Positions 35,579 to 45,427 of a stretch of 64,000 nucleotides of DNA are shown one piece after another (position 1 is the stretch's first letter; every line of letters begins with the position of its first letter). Below the pieces are notes generated by a model. The model did no database searches, had not been told where the DNA came from, and saw nothing but the letters and a program-made list of their open reading frames with translations. Location of the stretch: assembly GCF_048259445.1 (NCBI RefSeq), contig NZ_JBLXHQ010000005.1, positions 84,933 to 148,932 on the forward strand, given 5' to 3'. The stretch is from Marinobacter sp. Its GTDB lineage: Bacteria > Pseudomonadota > Gammaproteobacteria > Pseudomonadales > Oleiphilaceae. Both the position numbers and the translations under genes were made by a program.

Positions 35579-37681
35579 ATGAGCGAAGCCGAGACCCACT
35601 ATCGTACCTGTAATATCTGCGAAGCCATGTGCGGCTTGGAAATCAAACATAAGGACGGAGAGATTCTGTCGATCAAGGGTGACCACGACGATCCGTTCAG
35701 TCGTGGTCATATTTGCCCTAAAGCAGTTGCACTCCAGGATTTTTACAAGGACAAAGACCGCCTGAGAAAACCCGTCAGACGCACTCCAGATGGCTGGCAG
35801 GAAATCAGCTGGGATGAGGCCTTCTCGGAAATAGCCACTCGCTTCCGCGATATCCAGCAGGCAAATGGCATGGATTCGGTCGGCGTGTATCTTGGCAATC
35901 CCAACGCCCACAATTTCGGCAACGCCATCATGCTGCCGCGCTTTTTCAAGGCTCTGGGTACCAACAATCGGTACAGCTCCGCATCCGCCGACCAGCTGCC
36001 CCATCATGTGGCCTCCAATTACATGCTTGGGGCCGGCATGCTCATTCCCATTCCCGACATCGATCATACAGATTTCATGTTGATTATCGGAGCCAACCCT
36101 ATTGTATCCAACGGCAGCCTGATGACGGCACCGGGCGTTGGTAAGCGCCTGAAGGCGATTCAGCAACGGGGCGGAAAGGTGGTGGTAGTGGATCCCCGGC
36201 GCACCGAGACCGCCAAAAAAGCCGATCAGCACCTGTTCATCCGGCCCGAAACAGACGCTCTTTTCATGCTTGCCCTCGCGCACACGCTGTTTGACGAACA
36301 ACGGATTGATCTTGGCCATCTGGAATCCAGGATTCACGGGCTGGAAAGCCTCGCAGAGGCAGTAAAGCCTTATGCACCGGAAAACGTAGCCGGTACCTGC
36401 GGTATGGATGCCGCTACCATTCGGGAGCTTGCACGCGATATGGCTGCAGCAAACAGCGCAGTCTGCTATAGCCGGATGGGTGCCTCCACTCAGTCTTTTG
36501 GTGGTCTTTGCCAGTGGCTGAACAACGTGCTGAATATTCTGACCGGAAATTTCGATAGCCGGGGCGGAGCCATGTTCCCTCAGCCCGCGCTGGATCTGGT
36601 GCGGGATAAAAAAGGCAAACCCGGTTCCTACGGCCGCTATGAGTCCCGCGTAAGAAAGCTGCCTTACTTTAACAATGAATTCCCGGTTGCGACCCTGGCC
36701 GATGAGATTCTGACGCCCGGCGAAGGTCAGATTCGAGCCATGATTACCATCGCTGGTAATCCCGTCCTTTCCGCGCCCGGAGGTGTACGTCTGGAAGAGG
36801 CTTTCGATAACCTGGAATTCATGGTTTCAGTTGACATCTACCTGAACGAAACCACACGTCATGCGGACATCATTCTGCCGGCTACAACCGGCCTGGAAGT
36901 TCCCCATTTCGACGTTTTCTTCAATTCGTTTGCCGTGCGGAATACAGCCAGGTTCTCTGAGCCCATGTTCGAGAAATCGCCCGACCAGAAACATGACTGG
37001 GAAATTCTTCGCGATCTCGGCCTGCATCTGACCGGGCGGGACGACGACGGGGTGACGCCGGAGATGATGCTGGATGCCGGCCTGAAGCACGGCACCTATG
37101 GTGCGAAGGGAATGAGCCTGAGCAAGCTCAAAGACAGTCCACACGGTGTGGATCTCGGGCCACTGCAGCCTTGCCTGGAGCAACGAATCCAGACCGACGA
37201 CGGCCTGATACGCATTGCACCGCAACTGTATCTGGATGATCTCAAACGCCTGAACGAATCCGGAATATTGAACCCTGAACAGGATTGCGACTACCCGTTT
37301 TCCATGATCAGCCGCCGTCTGCCCCGCAGTCACAACACCTGGACCCAGAATTCCCACCGGCTGGTCAAAGGTAAAAATCCATGCACAGTTCAGATGAATA
37401 CTGCTGATGCTAAAAAGTTGGGTATTTCCGACGGTCAAATCGCGCTGATCGTTTCATCCACCGGTAAAATTCAACTGCCTGTGGAGATCGACGACGATAT
37501 ATTTGAGGGGGTAATCAGCGTCCCGCAGGGATGGGGACACAATCGGGCCAACACCGCTATGACTGTTGCAGAATCACAGCCAGGGGTCAGCATGAATGAT
37601 ATAACCGACTCACAGCGCATTGACGTTCTGACCGGTAATGCAGCGTTTAATGGCACACGGGTAGCGGTGAGGATTGCTTAG
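35579..37681 (+). CDS. Molybdopterin-dependent oxidoreductase (MopB superfamily)
   Basis: N-terminal CNICEAMCGL...HICPKA Fe-S motif. 700 aa with a C-terminal molybdopterin dinucleotide-binding-like segment. Confidence 0.75.
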   Translation: MSEAETHYRTCNICEAMCGLEIKHKDGEILSIKGDHDDPFSRGHICPKAVALQDFYKDKDRLRKPVRRTPDGWQEISWDEAFSEIATRFRDIQQANGMDSVGVYLGNPNAHNFGNAIMLPRFFKALGTNNRYSSASADQLPHHVASNYMLGAGMLIPIPDIDHTDFMLIIGANPIVSNGSLMTAPGVGKRLKAIQQRGGKVVVVDPRRTETAKKADQHLFIRPETDALFMLALAHTLFDEQRIDLGHLESRIHGLESLAEAVKPYAPENVAGTCGMDAATIRELARDMAAANSAVCYSRMGASTQSFGGLCQWLNNVLNILTGNFDSRGGAMFPQPALDLVRDKKGKPGSYGRYESRVRKLPYFNNEFPVATLADEILTPGEGQIRAMITIAGNPVLSAPGGVRLEEAFDNLEFMVSVDIYLNETTRHADIILPATTGLEVPHFDVFFNSFAVRNTARFSEPMFEKSPDQKHDWEILRDLGLHLTGRDDDGVTPEMMLDAGLKHGTYGAKGMSLSKLKDSPHGVDLGPLQPCLEQRIQTDDGLIRIAPQLYLDDLKRLNESGILNPEQDCDYPFSMISRRLPRSHNTWTQNSHRLVKGKNPCTVQMNTADAKKLGISDGQIALIVSSTGKIQLPVEIDDDIFEGVISVPQGWGHNRANTAMTVAESQPGVSMNDITDSQRIDVLTGNAAFNGTRVAVRIA

Positions 37682-37684
37682 TTT

Positions 37685-37951
37685 TCACAACTCGAGATTT
37701 CTGGTCAGAACCTCTGCGGATTTGATAATTCGTTTGGTACGGTAAAGGTCAGGGTGTTTTTCGTTGTCAGCGTACCCTACTGGCTCTCCGGCACCCGTAT
37801 TTACAAACCAGGAGTTTTCTGGTGTACGATCGCCAAGCAATTTCTTGAATTCAGCCGGTTTGATACCCAGTGCTTTAGCCGCTGCATTGTATGTGCAACG
37901 CGTTCTTGCGTTGTTAAGAAAGTCACGGATGAGGATAACTTTTTCTTGCAT
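37685..37951 (-). CDS. Hypothetical protein (88 aa)
   Basis: ORF only. A possible winged-helix-like segment, AAAKALGIKPAEFKKLL. Confidence 0.3.
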   Translation of the reverse strand: MQEKVILIRDFLNNARTRCTYNAAAKALGIKPAEFKKLLGDRTPENSWFVNTGAGEPVGYADNEKHPDLYRTKRIIKSAEVLTRNLEL

Positions 37952-38138
37952 TAAAGGTTAATTCCCAGAAAGTTAACTCGAAGCTATGCATTACTCATAA
38001 CCAGTTCCAACAAGCTCTGGGTTTTTGCTTTCAAGACTGAAAAGTGTATGGGTTTTGACACCAACGTCAATACGAAGCTGCCGCAGAACGCATGATCAGA
38101 GGCCAATCCGGAAACTTTCTGATTTCGTTGAGGGGCGC

Positions 38139-38846
38139 TCAGCGCCCGTTCAGGGAGTGCGCCTCCCCTATTTCCGCCCAGTGAGTAATACGTCGTTTAT
38201 CCCCGTCCCAGAAGTACTTTAAATGTGCCCCTTGCACCGGAATGGAGACAGCTTTTGGTTTAAATGCGGCGATACATTCGCTGCCCGGGTGCCGGACACT
38301 TTTATACAAAAATCCATTTGATCCTTTGCTGCGCCAACGGCTGGCAAACTTCTGGCTCAAGGCATAATCATCCGGATCCGGATGATGCAGGTCTGCAAAC
38401 TCTGGCCCCCGTATGTCGTGCATCTCCAATGCAACCTTACCAACGTAAGCTCTCATGGTGAGCGCTATAGAATCTTCATTAGCCGCTGCCATCTCTCGCT
38501 CTTTATGAAAAACGGTCTCCCGGATCGCTGCTTCGAGAGTGTTGGCCGCGTAATAGGCGCCAAAATGCCTGTCCGCGAAGCGGCTTCCAAAGCCAAGGTG
38601 CGTGAACGACGCCATCACCGGCGTACTGCCAGGGCCGCTGATACGGTCGTCAGGTTGTACCAGCTCTATATCCCCTGCCTGATCACGCAGCCGGGGATTT
38701 GTCATGCCCTCAATTTCAAAGGCCAGCTCAAATTCGTCCGGCTCATAGATGCGCTCGAAAAGGTCTATGGGCGGATAATGGCTCGGGATGATTCGGTAGG
38801 TATCCCACCCCGGGAGGTGAAGTGGAGGGGTGGAGAACATTACCAC
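38139..38846 (-). CDS. RES-domain toxin (NAD+-targeting RES family)
   Basis: GSRFADRHFGAYYAANTLEAAIRETVFH and GFLYKSVRHPG supply the R/E/S signature regions. Confidence 0.75.
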   Translation of the reverse strand: MVMFSTPPLHLPGWDTYRIIPSHYPPIDLFERIYEPDEFELAFEIEGMTNPRLRDQAGDIELVQPDDRISGPGSTPVMASFTHLGFGSRFADRHFGAYYAANTLEAAIRETVFHKEREMAAANEDSIALTMRAYVGKVALEMHDIRGPEFADLHHPDPDDYALSQKFASRWRSKGSNGFLYKSVRHPGSECIAAFKPKAVSIPVQGAHLKYFWDGDKRRITHWAEIGEAHSLNGR

Positions 38847-39253
38847 CCCCGTTTGGCATCGAAATACTGGCGGGTCAACATAAGATTCATCATCGAGCCT
38901 TGCGTCATGAAATCCATTGCAGACTTACCGCCAAACGGCACTTCAGACGTTTTCAGGCGGATCCTTCGATTCGCTCGTTCATGAGTCGGGTACAGGAGCT
39001 GAAGAGCCTTGTATATACCCAGCACGTAGCTGATGCGCTCCATTGTGTCATTGGAGAGTTTGGTCGGATTAAGCTTTGCGTAGTTATAGAGTGTTGTCCG
39101 GGATGGACCGCCAAGAAGTTTGCTGCGCTCCTCAGCATTACACCCCCACTCTTCCGTTACCCGAAAGAATCCCTTTAGCGCTACGCGCCCTTTCTCTGCT
39201 TCGCGATCACCTGCCGCGCTTTTACGCTCAACTACAGCTGTCATGGTGCCCAC
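38840..39253 (-). CDS. Xre/MbcA/ParS-type antitoxin (DUF2384)
   Basis: Sits immediately upstream of the RES gene with a 7-nt overlap. C-terminal FGGKSAMDFMTQGSMMNLMLTRQYFD is typical of DUF2384. Confidence 0.7.
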   Translation of the reverse strand: MGTMTAVVERKSAAGDREAEKGRVALKGFFRVTEEWGCNAEERSKLLGGPSRTTLYNYAKLNPTKLSNDTMERISYVLGIYKALQLLYPTHERANRRIRLKTSEVPFGGKSAMDFMTQGSMMNLMLTRQYFDAKRGW

Positions 39254-39265
39254 CTCACTGAACTC

Positions 39266-39281
39266 TGTTCATATTTGAACA
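39266..39281. promoter_or_regulatory. Palindrome TGTTCA-tatt-TGAACA upstream of the antitoxin start (possible operator)
   Basis: Perfect 6-bp arms, 13 nt upstream of the ATG at 39253. Confidence 0.3.
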
Positions 39282-39476
39282 ATATACCAATAATTGTATT
39301 TTTTTGAAAGTATTGAATTTGCGCTTTGGTTCTTGTCATCCACGCTGGAAAAGTGGCATTTATGCCGAGCTGCCGCCAATTATCGTAAAACGGGCCATTT
39401 GCGTGCGTCAGGATTTACCGGATAGTTTTCTATCCTATGATGAGAACGTTCTGAATGACTTCTGGAGCACAGTAAA

Positions 39477-40682
39477 ATGGTATCAATCAAATCGATACAT
39501 GGTTCAGCTCAATTGCTCCTGGATGTTACCAGTGGCGTTACTCAGATTGTCGAAAGAACCCATCGCACTGTTGCGAGGGAAGTGAACCCGCTGAATCGAC
39601 TGCGTGACGTGGCAGGAGTACCTCCAGAGGAGAAGCAACAAGGCAGGACTTACCAGATAATTCAGTCGACCACCTCGTTGCTGCAACAGGGGGTGCATTG
39701 GTCTCTTGATAAGTTCTCGGCACAAGAAGATATCCTGAACTCATCAAACAGTGTGAAGGTTGCAGCAGCTCTGAACGGCATATGCGGCGATCATCTGGAA
39801 GCCACCAACAATCCTCTGGCGATTTCCATGCATTTTCGAAATCGCAACGGAGAGAAGGTGCGGCCAGGCTCAGGGAATGCCTGTGCCGAGATTCCGGATG
39901 CCAGCTCAAAAATCGTGGTATTGGTTCACGGTTTGTGTCTCTCCCATGAGTATTGGCAAGGACACAATGAAGGGAATCTGGGTACGGAGTTGCATCGGGA
40001 GCATGGCTTCACGCCGCTGTACCTGAACTACAATACGGGAAGGCATATTTCCAGCAATGGCAGGGAGTTGAGCCAACTTCTTCACAATTTAGTTGAATTG
40101 TGGCCGGTTAAGGTCGAGGAGCTTACCCTGATTGGCCACAGCATGGGAGGGCTCGTTATTCGTAGCGCCTGCTGGTACAGCAGCAAACTCGGCCTGCCCT
40201 GGGCAAAGCTTTTGAAGAATGCGCTTTACCTGGGGTCGCCTCATCATGGTTCAGCCGTCGCCAAAGCCGGAAACATGTTGACCTTCGTTATGAAGAAATT
40301 CCGCTACGCCAGCCCTTTTGCTGTTGGCCAACATACCAGCGCAGGCATCAAGGACCTGCGACACGGCAACTTACTGGACGAGGACTGGGATGGCGTCGAT
40401 CAGGACGACTTCCATCCGGACTATCGCCAGCCGGTTCCACTGCTAGCAGGCACACGACATTTTTTTATAGCCGCAGCCATTGGTAAGAACGTATCGGGCT
40501 TTACCAGCATGATGGTCGGCGATCTCCTGGTTCGGCTGGATAGCGCCAAAGGACATCACTCTGATGATTTAAAGAGGCTCTCCATACGCCCCGAAAACTG
40601 TCGCGTGTTCGAAAATCTTAATCACCTGGACTTACTCGACAACAAGGTGGTGCACGATCAGATACTGGCCTGGCTGGCCTGA
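39477..40682 (+). CDS. Alpha/beta hydrolase (lipase/PGAP1-like)
   Basis: VVLVHGL and the nucleophile elbow GHSMGG. Confidence 0.65.
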   Translation: MVSIKSIHGSAQLLLDVTSGVTQIVERTHRTVAREVNPLNRLRDVAGVPPEEKQQGRTYQIIQSTTSLLQQGVHWSLDKFSAQEDILNSSNSVKVAAALNGICGDHLEATNNPLAISMHFRNRNGEKVRPGSGNACAEIPDASSKIVVLVHGLCLSHEYWQGHNEGNLGTELHREHGFTPLYLNYNTGRHISSNGRELSQLLHNLVELWPVKVEELTLIGHSMGGLVIRSACWYSSKLGLPWAKLLKNALYLGSPHHGSAVAKAGNMLTFVMKKFRYASPFAVGQHTSAGIKDLRHGNLLDEDWDGVDQDDFHPDYRQPVPLLAGTRHFFIAAAIGKNVSGFTSMMVGDLLVRLDSAKGHHSDDLKRLSIRPENCRVFENLNHLDLLDNKVVHDQILAWLA

Positions 40683-40711
40683 CTGGCAGAACCCGGGCAA
40701 TAACATCCATC

Positions 40712-41629
40712 TCACGTAACTGTCCAATGCTCAAGAAAAAGTTCCCGCGCTCGCTTGGCTCTGCCATAGGTGCGGGTAATGGTGCAGATTTCCAGGGAAT
40801 ATTTTTTTATTTCAGGCACCAGAGCGCGCAGGCCCCCTTCATCTACATAGCGTTGAACGTAGGCGTCTGGCATGAATCCGATGTATGCGCCGGACAAAAT
40901 CATCGCGAGTCGCGCTTCGTAGAAATAGGAAATCGCCGCCTTGTTCATATCCGCCAGCTGGGCACCGACTTCCGGACTGGTGTGGATGCCCGCGTGAACC
41001 ACCTTGCTGGAAAGGATCTGATCCAGCAGCCGGGGCGATGGATCTGCATTGTAAAGCGGGTGTGTGCGACTGCAGTAAAGGTGGCAGTCATCTACATACA
41101 GAGGGCGGTAATCCAGCCCGGAAAGCTGACGATGCTGCGGGATAAGTCCAATATCTGCTTCATCGTTCAGAACCATTCGTTCGATATCGCTCAGCGACCT
41201 GACATCCAATAACACATTGACATCGGGCGCGGCTTTGGAGAATCGGGCTATGGCCTCCGAGAGCCCGGATTGCGGGTCCATGCAGATGGTATCGCTGGCA
41301 ATAATACGCAGTTCACCGGTGAGACTTACATGCAGGGCATTCACACCTGAGCGAAAACCTTCAAGAGCCGAAAGCAGTGTCTTCATCAGTTCGTAAACAT
41401 CAGCCCCTTCTTCTGTAAGCGAGAACCCACTTCGGCCGCGAAAACAGAGCTTAAGGTTCAGACGTTCTTCCAGGTTTGCGATGTGAGTACTGATTGTTGA
41501 ACGGCCAATATTCAGCTCACCTTCCGCTGCCGAAAATCCACCGCTCTCTACCACTGCCTCAAACACTTTGAGCAGGCGAATCTCATAATCGCCCACCTGC
41601 CCCAGCCTGATCTTCAGATCTTTCTTCAT
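40712..41629 (-). CDS. LysR-family transcriptional regulator
   Basis: N-terminal HTH LLKVFEAVVESGGFSAAEGELNIGRSTISTHIANLEERL. Divergent from gabD. Confidence 0.8.
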   Translation of the reverse strand: MKKDLKIRLGQVGDYEIRLLKVFEAVVESGGFSAAEGELNIGRSTISTHIANLEERLNLKLCFRGRSGFSLTEEGADVYELMKTLLSALEGFRSGVNALHVSLTGELRIIASDTICMDPQSGLSEAIARFSKAAPDVNVLLDVRSLSDIERMVLNDEADIGLIPQHRQLSGLDYRPLYVDDCHLYCSRTHPLYNADPSPRLLDQILSSKVVHAGIHTSPEVGAQLADMNKAAISYFYEARLAMILSGAYIGFMPDAYVQRYVDEGGLRALVPEIKKYSLEICTITRTYGRAKRARELFLEHWTVT

Positions 41630-41744
41630 TGTTTGATAGCTCTCAACGTGTGCGCCTGATCAATCACATTTATCACACAAACACCCGGCCTTACCATCAC
41701 GCAACTGTATGAGTCCCATTTTTCTGCATGTTTTGGAGCACTGT

Positions 41745-43208
41745 ATGACGTTAGAACTGAACCAACCCGACCTGTTCCGTGATCGCGCTTTTATAGATGG
41801 ACAGTGGGTTCAGGCCAATAAATTACGTTCGTTTCCCGTTTTCAATCCCAGCACCGGCGCTACACTTGGCTCCGTTCCGGATCTGGGAGCAGACGAAACC
41901 CGCACCGCGATCGACGCAGCAGAAAAAGCACTTAAACCCTGGCAAGCCCTTACAGCCAAAGAGCGCTCCATTATTCTGCGCAACTGGTTCAACCTTATCC
42001 TTGCGCATCAGGATGATCTTGCCACCCTTATGACCAGTGAGCAGGGAAAACCTTTTGCCGAAGCCAAGGGTGAAGTAGCCTACGGGGCGTCCTTTGTTGA
42101 GTGGTTTGCAGAAGAAGCAAAGCGTATTTACGGCGACGTTATCCCCGCCCACGGCCCGGACAAGCGGCTGGTAACCATCAAGCAGCCCATAGGTGTGGTG
42201 GCGGCGATCACGCCCTGGAACTTCCCTATTGCCATGATCACCCGGAAAGTTGCCCCAGCATTGGCAGCGGGCTGCACCGTAGTCATCAAGCCGGGTGAAG
42301 ATACCCCATTGTGCGCGCTGGCGTTGGCAGAACTGAGCCGCCAGGCCGGTATTCCAGCGGGCGTTCTGAACGTTGTGACTACGCTTCAGGCTCCGGAAGT
42401 TGGCCGCACACTGTGTGAAGATTCCCGTGTGCGCAAGCTCTCCTTCACGGGCTCTACACCGGTCGGCAAATTGCTGATGCGCCAGTGTGCGGATACGGTA
42501 AAGAAAGTCTCGTTAGAGCTGGGCGGCAACGCGCCATTTATTGTTTTTGATGACGCCGACCTGGACGCAGCCGTCGCAGGGTTAATGGCCTCCAAGTTCC
42601 GCAATGCAGGCCAGACTTGCGTGTGTACCAACCGCATTCTGGTTCAGGATGGCGTTCACGATCTGTTTATCGAAAAGCTCAACGCTGCCGTGCAGAACCT
42701 CACCGTAGGCGATGGTTTCGGTGAAGCCGTTACCATTGGCCCTCTGATCAACGATAAAGCCGTCAGCAAAGTACACGGGTTGGTCGACGATGCGCTTGCC
42801 AAGGGTGCGACGATCACCCAGCAGAATACCGCCATCCCCGACAACCCGAACTTCTTTCCTCCCACCGTGCTGACTGGCGTGACCACAAGCATGTCTATCG
42901 CAACGGAAGAGATTTTTGGCCCCGTCGCGACCGTGTTCCGGTTCAGCGATGAATCAGAAGCCGTAGCGCTGGCAAACGATACGCCCTTTGGCCTTGCCGC
43001 TTATTTCTACAGCCGCGACATCGGTCGGGTCTGGCGTGTGGCCGAAGCTCTTGAGTACGGCATGGTCGGAATCAACGAAGGCATTATTTCCACAGAAGTC
43101 GCGCCTTTTGGCGGCATCAAGGAATCAGGCATTGGCCGTGAAGGCTCGCGTTACGGCATCGATGACTTTGTTGAAATCAAATACCTGTGCATGGGCGGCA
43201 TCCGCTGA
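41745..43208 (+). CDS. gabD: Succinate-semialdehyde dehydrogenase
   Basis: VSLELGGNAP and GQTCVCTNR catalytic motifs. ATG at 41745 with a GGAG SD. Followed by gabT. Confidence 0.8.
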   Translation: MTLELNQPDLFRDRAFIDGQWVQANKLRSFPVFNPSTGATLGSVPDLGADETRTAIDAAEKALKPWQALTAKERSIILRNWFNLILAHQDDLATLMTSEQGKPFAEAKGEVAYGASFVEWFAEEAKRIYGDVIPAHGPDKRLVTIKQPIGVVAAITPWNFPIAMITRKVAPALAAGCTVVIKPGEDTPLCALALAELSRQAGIPAGVLNVVTTLQAPEVGRTLCEDSRVRKLSFTGSTPVGKLLMRQCADTVKKVSLELGGNAPFIVFDDADLDAAVAGLMASKFRNAGQTCVCTNRILVQDGVHDLFIEKLNAAVQNLTVGDGFGEAVTIGPLINDKAVSKVHGLVDDALAKGATITQQNTAIPDNPNFFPPTVLTGVTTSMSIATEEIFGPVATVFRFSDESEAVALANDTPFGLAAYFYSRDIGRVWRVAEALEYGMVGINEGIISTEVAPFGGIKESGIGREGSRYGIDDFVEIKYLCMGGIR

Positions 43209-43238
43209 ACCGCCACACAAAATATGGAGAACGAGCTC

Positions 43239-44534
43239 ATGTCCAATGAATCTCTGCATCACCGCCGCGCCGCAGCCATGGCTCAGGGTCAGGGGGCGTT
43301 GCACCCGGTCTACGTGGCCAAAGCGCTCAATGCTGAAATCTGGGATGTCGAAGGCAACCGTTTTATCGATCTGGGTGCGGGTATTGCCGTCAATAACACC
43401 GGCCACAGCCACCCGCGCATTCAGGCAGCCGTTCAGGAACAGGTAGAGCGCTTCAGCCATACCTGCCTGATGGTCACGCCCTATGAGTCCGCGGTTCAAC
43501 TGGCTGAAAAACTCAACGCGATTGCGCCAGGCGATACGCCCAAGAAAAGTATCTTTGTAACCACCGGCGCAGAAGCGGTTGAAAACTGCGTGAAAATTGC
43601 CCGTTCATACACCGGGCGCCCCGGCGTTATTGCCTTCAAGGGCGGTTTTCATGGCCGTACCAACCTGACAATGGGGCTTACGGGCAAGGTTAAGCCTTAC
43701 AAGGTCGGCTTTGGTCCGTTCCCGGGCGAGATCTACCATGCGCCCTTCCCCAATGCTTATCACGGCGTCTCGGTTGAAGAGTCCCTACAAGCCCTTGATG
43801 ATTTGTTTGTGTGTGATATCGAGCCGAACCGGGTCGCGGCTATTATTATCGAGCCTGTTCAGGGTGAAGGTGGTTTCTACCATGCCCCCGCGGAATTCCT
43901 GCAGGCCTTGCGCCAGCGCTGCGATGATCACGGCATCCTGCTGATTGTCGATGAAATCCAGACCGGCTTTGCTCGCACCGGCCGGATGTTTGCAATCGAA
44001 TACGCCAACGTTGAGCCAGACCTGATGACCATGGCCAAGGGCATTGCCGGCGGCTTCCCGATCGCAGCCGTTGTGGGCAAGGCTGAGATTATGGATCAGC
44101 CGGCCCCGGGCGGTCTTGGCGGCACCTACGGCGGCTCGCCAATCGGTTGTGCAGCTGCACTTGCCGTATTGGATGTAATCGAAGATGAACAATTGTGTGA
44201 GCGTGCGCTGCAGGTTGGTGAGAGGCTCACAGGCCGCCTCAGGCAACTGCAATCACGCTTCCCTCAGCGCATCGGAGATGTGCGCAATCTGGGTGCCATG
44301 ATTGCTATGGAACTGGTGGTTGACGGTGATGTTAACCGACCCGATCCGGAACTGACCAAAGCCGTGGTTTCCGAGGCTGCCAAAGCGGGAATAATTCTGC
44401 TGTCCTGCGGTATTCGCGGCAACGTGATTCGCTTTCTGCCGGCCTTGACGATCAGCGATGCGTTGATTGATGAGAGTATGGATATTCTGGATGACTGTTT
44501 TTCCGATCTTAGCGGGGGCAATCAAGGGGTTTAG
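43239..44534 (+). CDS. gabT: 4-aminobutyrate aminotransferase (class III PLP)
   Basis: LIVDEIQTGFARTG and TMAKGIAGG (PLP lysine). The ATG at 43239 has a GGAGA SD. Confidence 0.8.
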   Translation: MSNESLHHRRAAAMAQGQGALHPVYVAKALNAEIWDVEGNRFIDLGAGIAVNNTGHSHPRIQAAVQEQVERFSHTCLMVTPYESAVQLAEKLNAIAPGDTPKKSIFVTTGAEAVENCVKIARSYTGRPGVIAFKGGFHGRTNLTMGLTGKVKPYKVGFGPFPGEIYHAPFPNAYHGVSVEESLQALDDLFVCDIEPNRVAAIIIEPVQGEGGFYHAPAEFLQALRQRCDDHGILLIVDEIQTGFARTGRMFAIEYANVEPDLMTMAKGIAGGFPIAAVVGKAEIMDQPAPGGLGGTYGGSPIGCAAALAVLDVIEDEQLCERALQVGERLTGRLRQLQSRFPQRIGDVRNLGAMIAMELVVDGDVNRPDPELTKAVVSEAAKAGIILLSCGIRGNVIRFLPALTISDALIDESMDILDDCFSDLSGGNQGV

Positions 44535-44552
44535 GACGATCCGGACTGGGTT

Positions 44553-44572
44553 CTGGCGCCCTCGGGCGCCAG
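44553..44572. terminator. GC hairpin between convergent gabT and the amidotransferase gene
   Basis: CTGGCGCC-ctcg-GGCGCCAG. Confidence 0.45.
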
Positions 44573-44584
44573 TTACGCATCCCG

Positions 44585-45343
44585 CTAACAGCTTTTAGCA
44601 CTGGCGGGCATGTGCCGAGGAGAGTTCTCACGCTGCAGAAAGCCCGCCATCCATTGTGCAATGGCAATGGAATCCGTAGCAGCCGCAGGCTGCTCCAGGC
44701 CTTCCAATGCCTGATCCGCCTTTTCTTCCGGGACTGATTTACCGCTCAGGTACTTTACAAGACGCGTTTCAAAGGTGACGTCAAATTCTGGATGCGCCTG
44801 GAAGGTCAGGATGCGGTCATCGTACTGCAGCGCTGCGAAAGGACAGAAAGGCGAATAGGCCAACACCTTCGCTGAATCGGGCTTTACCAAAACCTGGTCC
44901 TGATGCATCGCGCTGAGAGTGAACCCGGTCATGCCCGCCCCAGGTCCTCCTCCAGGGACCATTTCGTAACGGTGCAGCCCAACGCCCCAACCTTTAGGGT
45001 CTTTGTTGACGTCGCCCCCAAAAGCCTCAGCAATGATCTGGTGACCAAAACAGATACCCACCGTGGGTAGATCTGCGTTGTAAATCTCAAGAATCAGCGA
45101 TTTCAGTCGCCGCATCCAGGGCAAGTCCTCGTACACATTGGCTTTTGATCCTGTCACGACCCAGGCATCGCAGTCCCTGGCGGAGGCCGGAAAATCGTTG
45201 TCGCGAACGTCGAAGGTAAGGTAATCAAACGAAAAGCCGGCCTGCCTGAACAGGCGCTTGAACATATCGGCATAAGAACCGAATTCAGGAAGCAGGTCGT
45301 CCGGGGTAATACCGGCAGCCAGAATACCAATCTTTAAACTCAT
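44585..45343 (-). CDS. Class I glutamine amidotransferase-like protein
   Basis: GICFGHQIIAEAFGG (nucleophile elbow Cys) and a later HPEF. Confidence 0.7.
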   Translation of the reverse strand: MSLKIGILAAGITPDDLLPEFGSYADMFKRLFRQAGFSFDYLTFDVRDNDFPASARDCDAWVVTGSKANVYEDLPWMRRLKSLILEIYNADLPTVGICFGHQIIAEAFGGDVNKDPKGWGVGLHRYEMVPGGGPGAGMTGFTLSAMHQDQVLVKPDSAKVLAYSPFCPFAALQYDDRILTFQAHPEFDVTFETRLVKYLSGKSVPEEKADQALEGLEQPAAATDSIAIAQWMAGFLQRENSPRHMPASAKSC

Positions 45344-45427
45344 CCGGATTCTCCAGGCTTATAACAGCCTCAAGTAAGCTTTATGACTGTCATGTGCATC
45401 CCGCGAGATTGCTGACCTGTCGATCAT

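Noticed and set aside
35498-36337. 279-aa minus-strand ORF, and similar long antisense ORFs at 20682-21698, 29100-29804, 32387-32956, 50664-51266 and 61163-61900
   Set aside because: Each lies entirely antisense to a gene with clear family motifs and has no motif of its own. These are typical shadow ORFs of GC-rich coding sequence.
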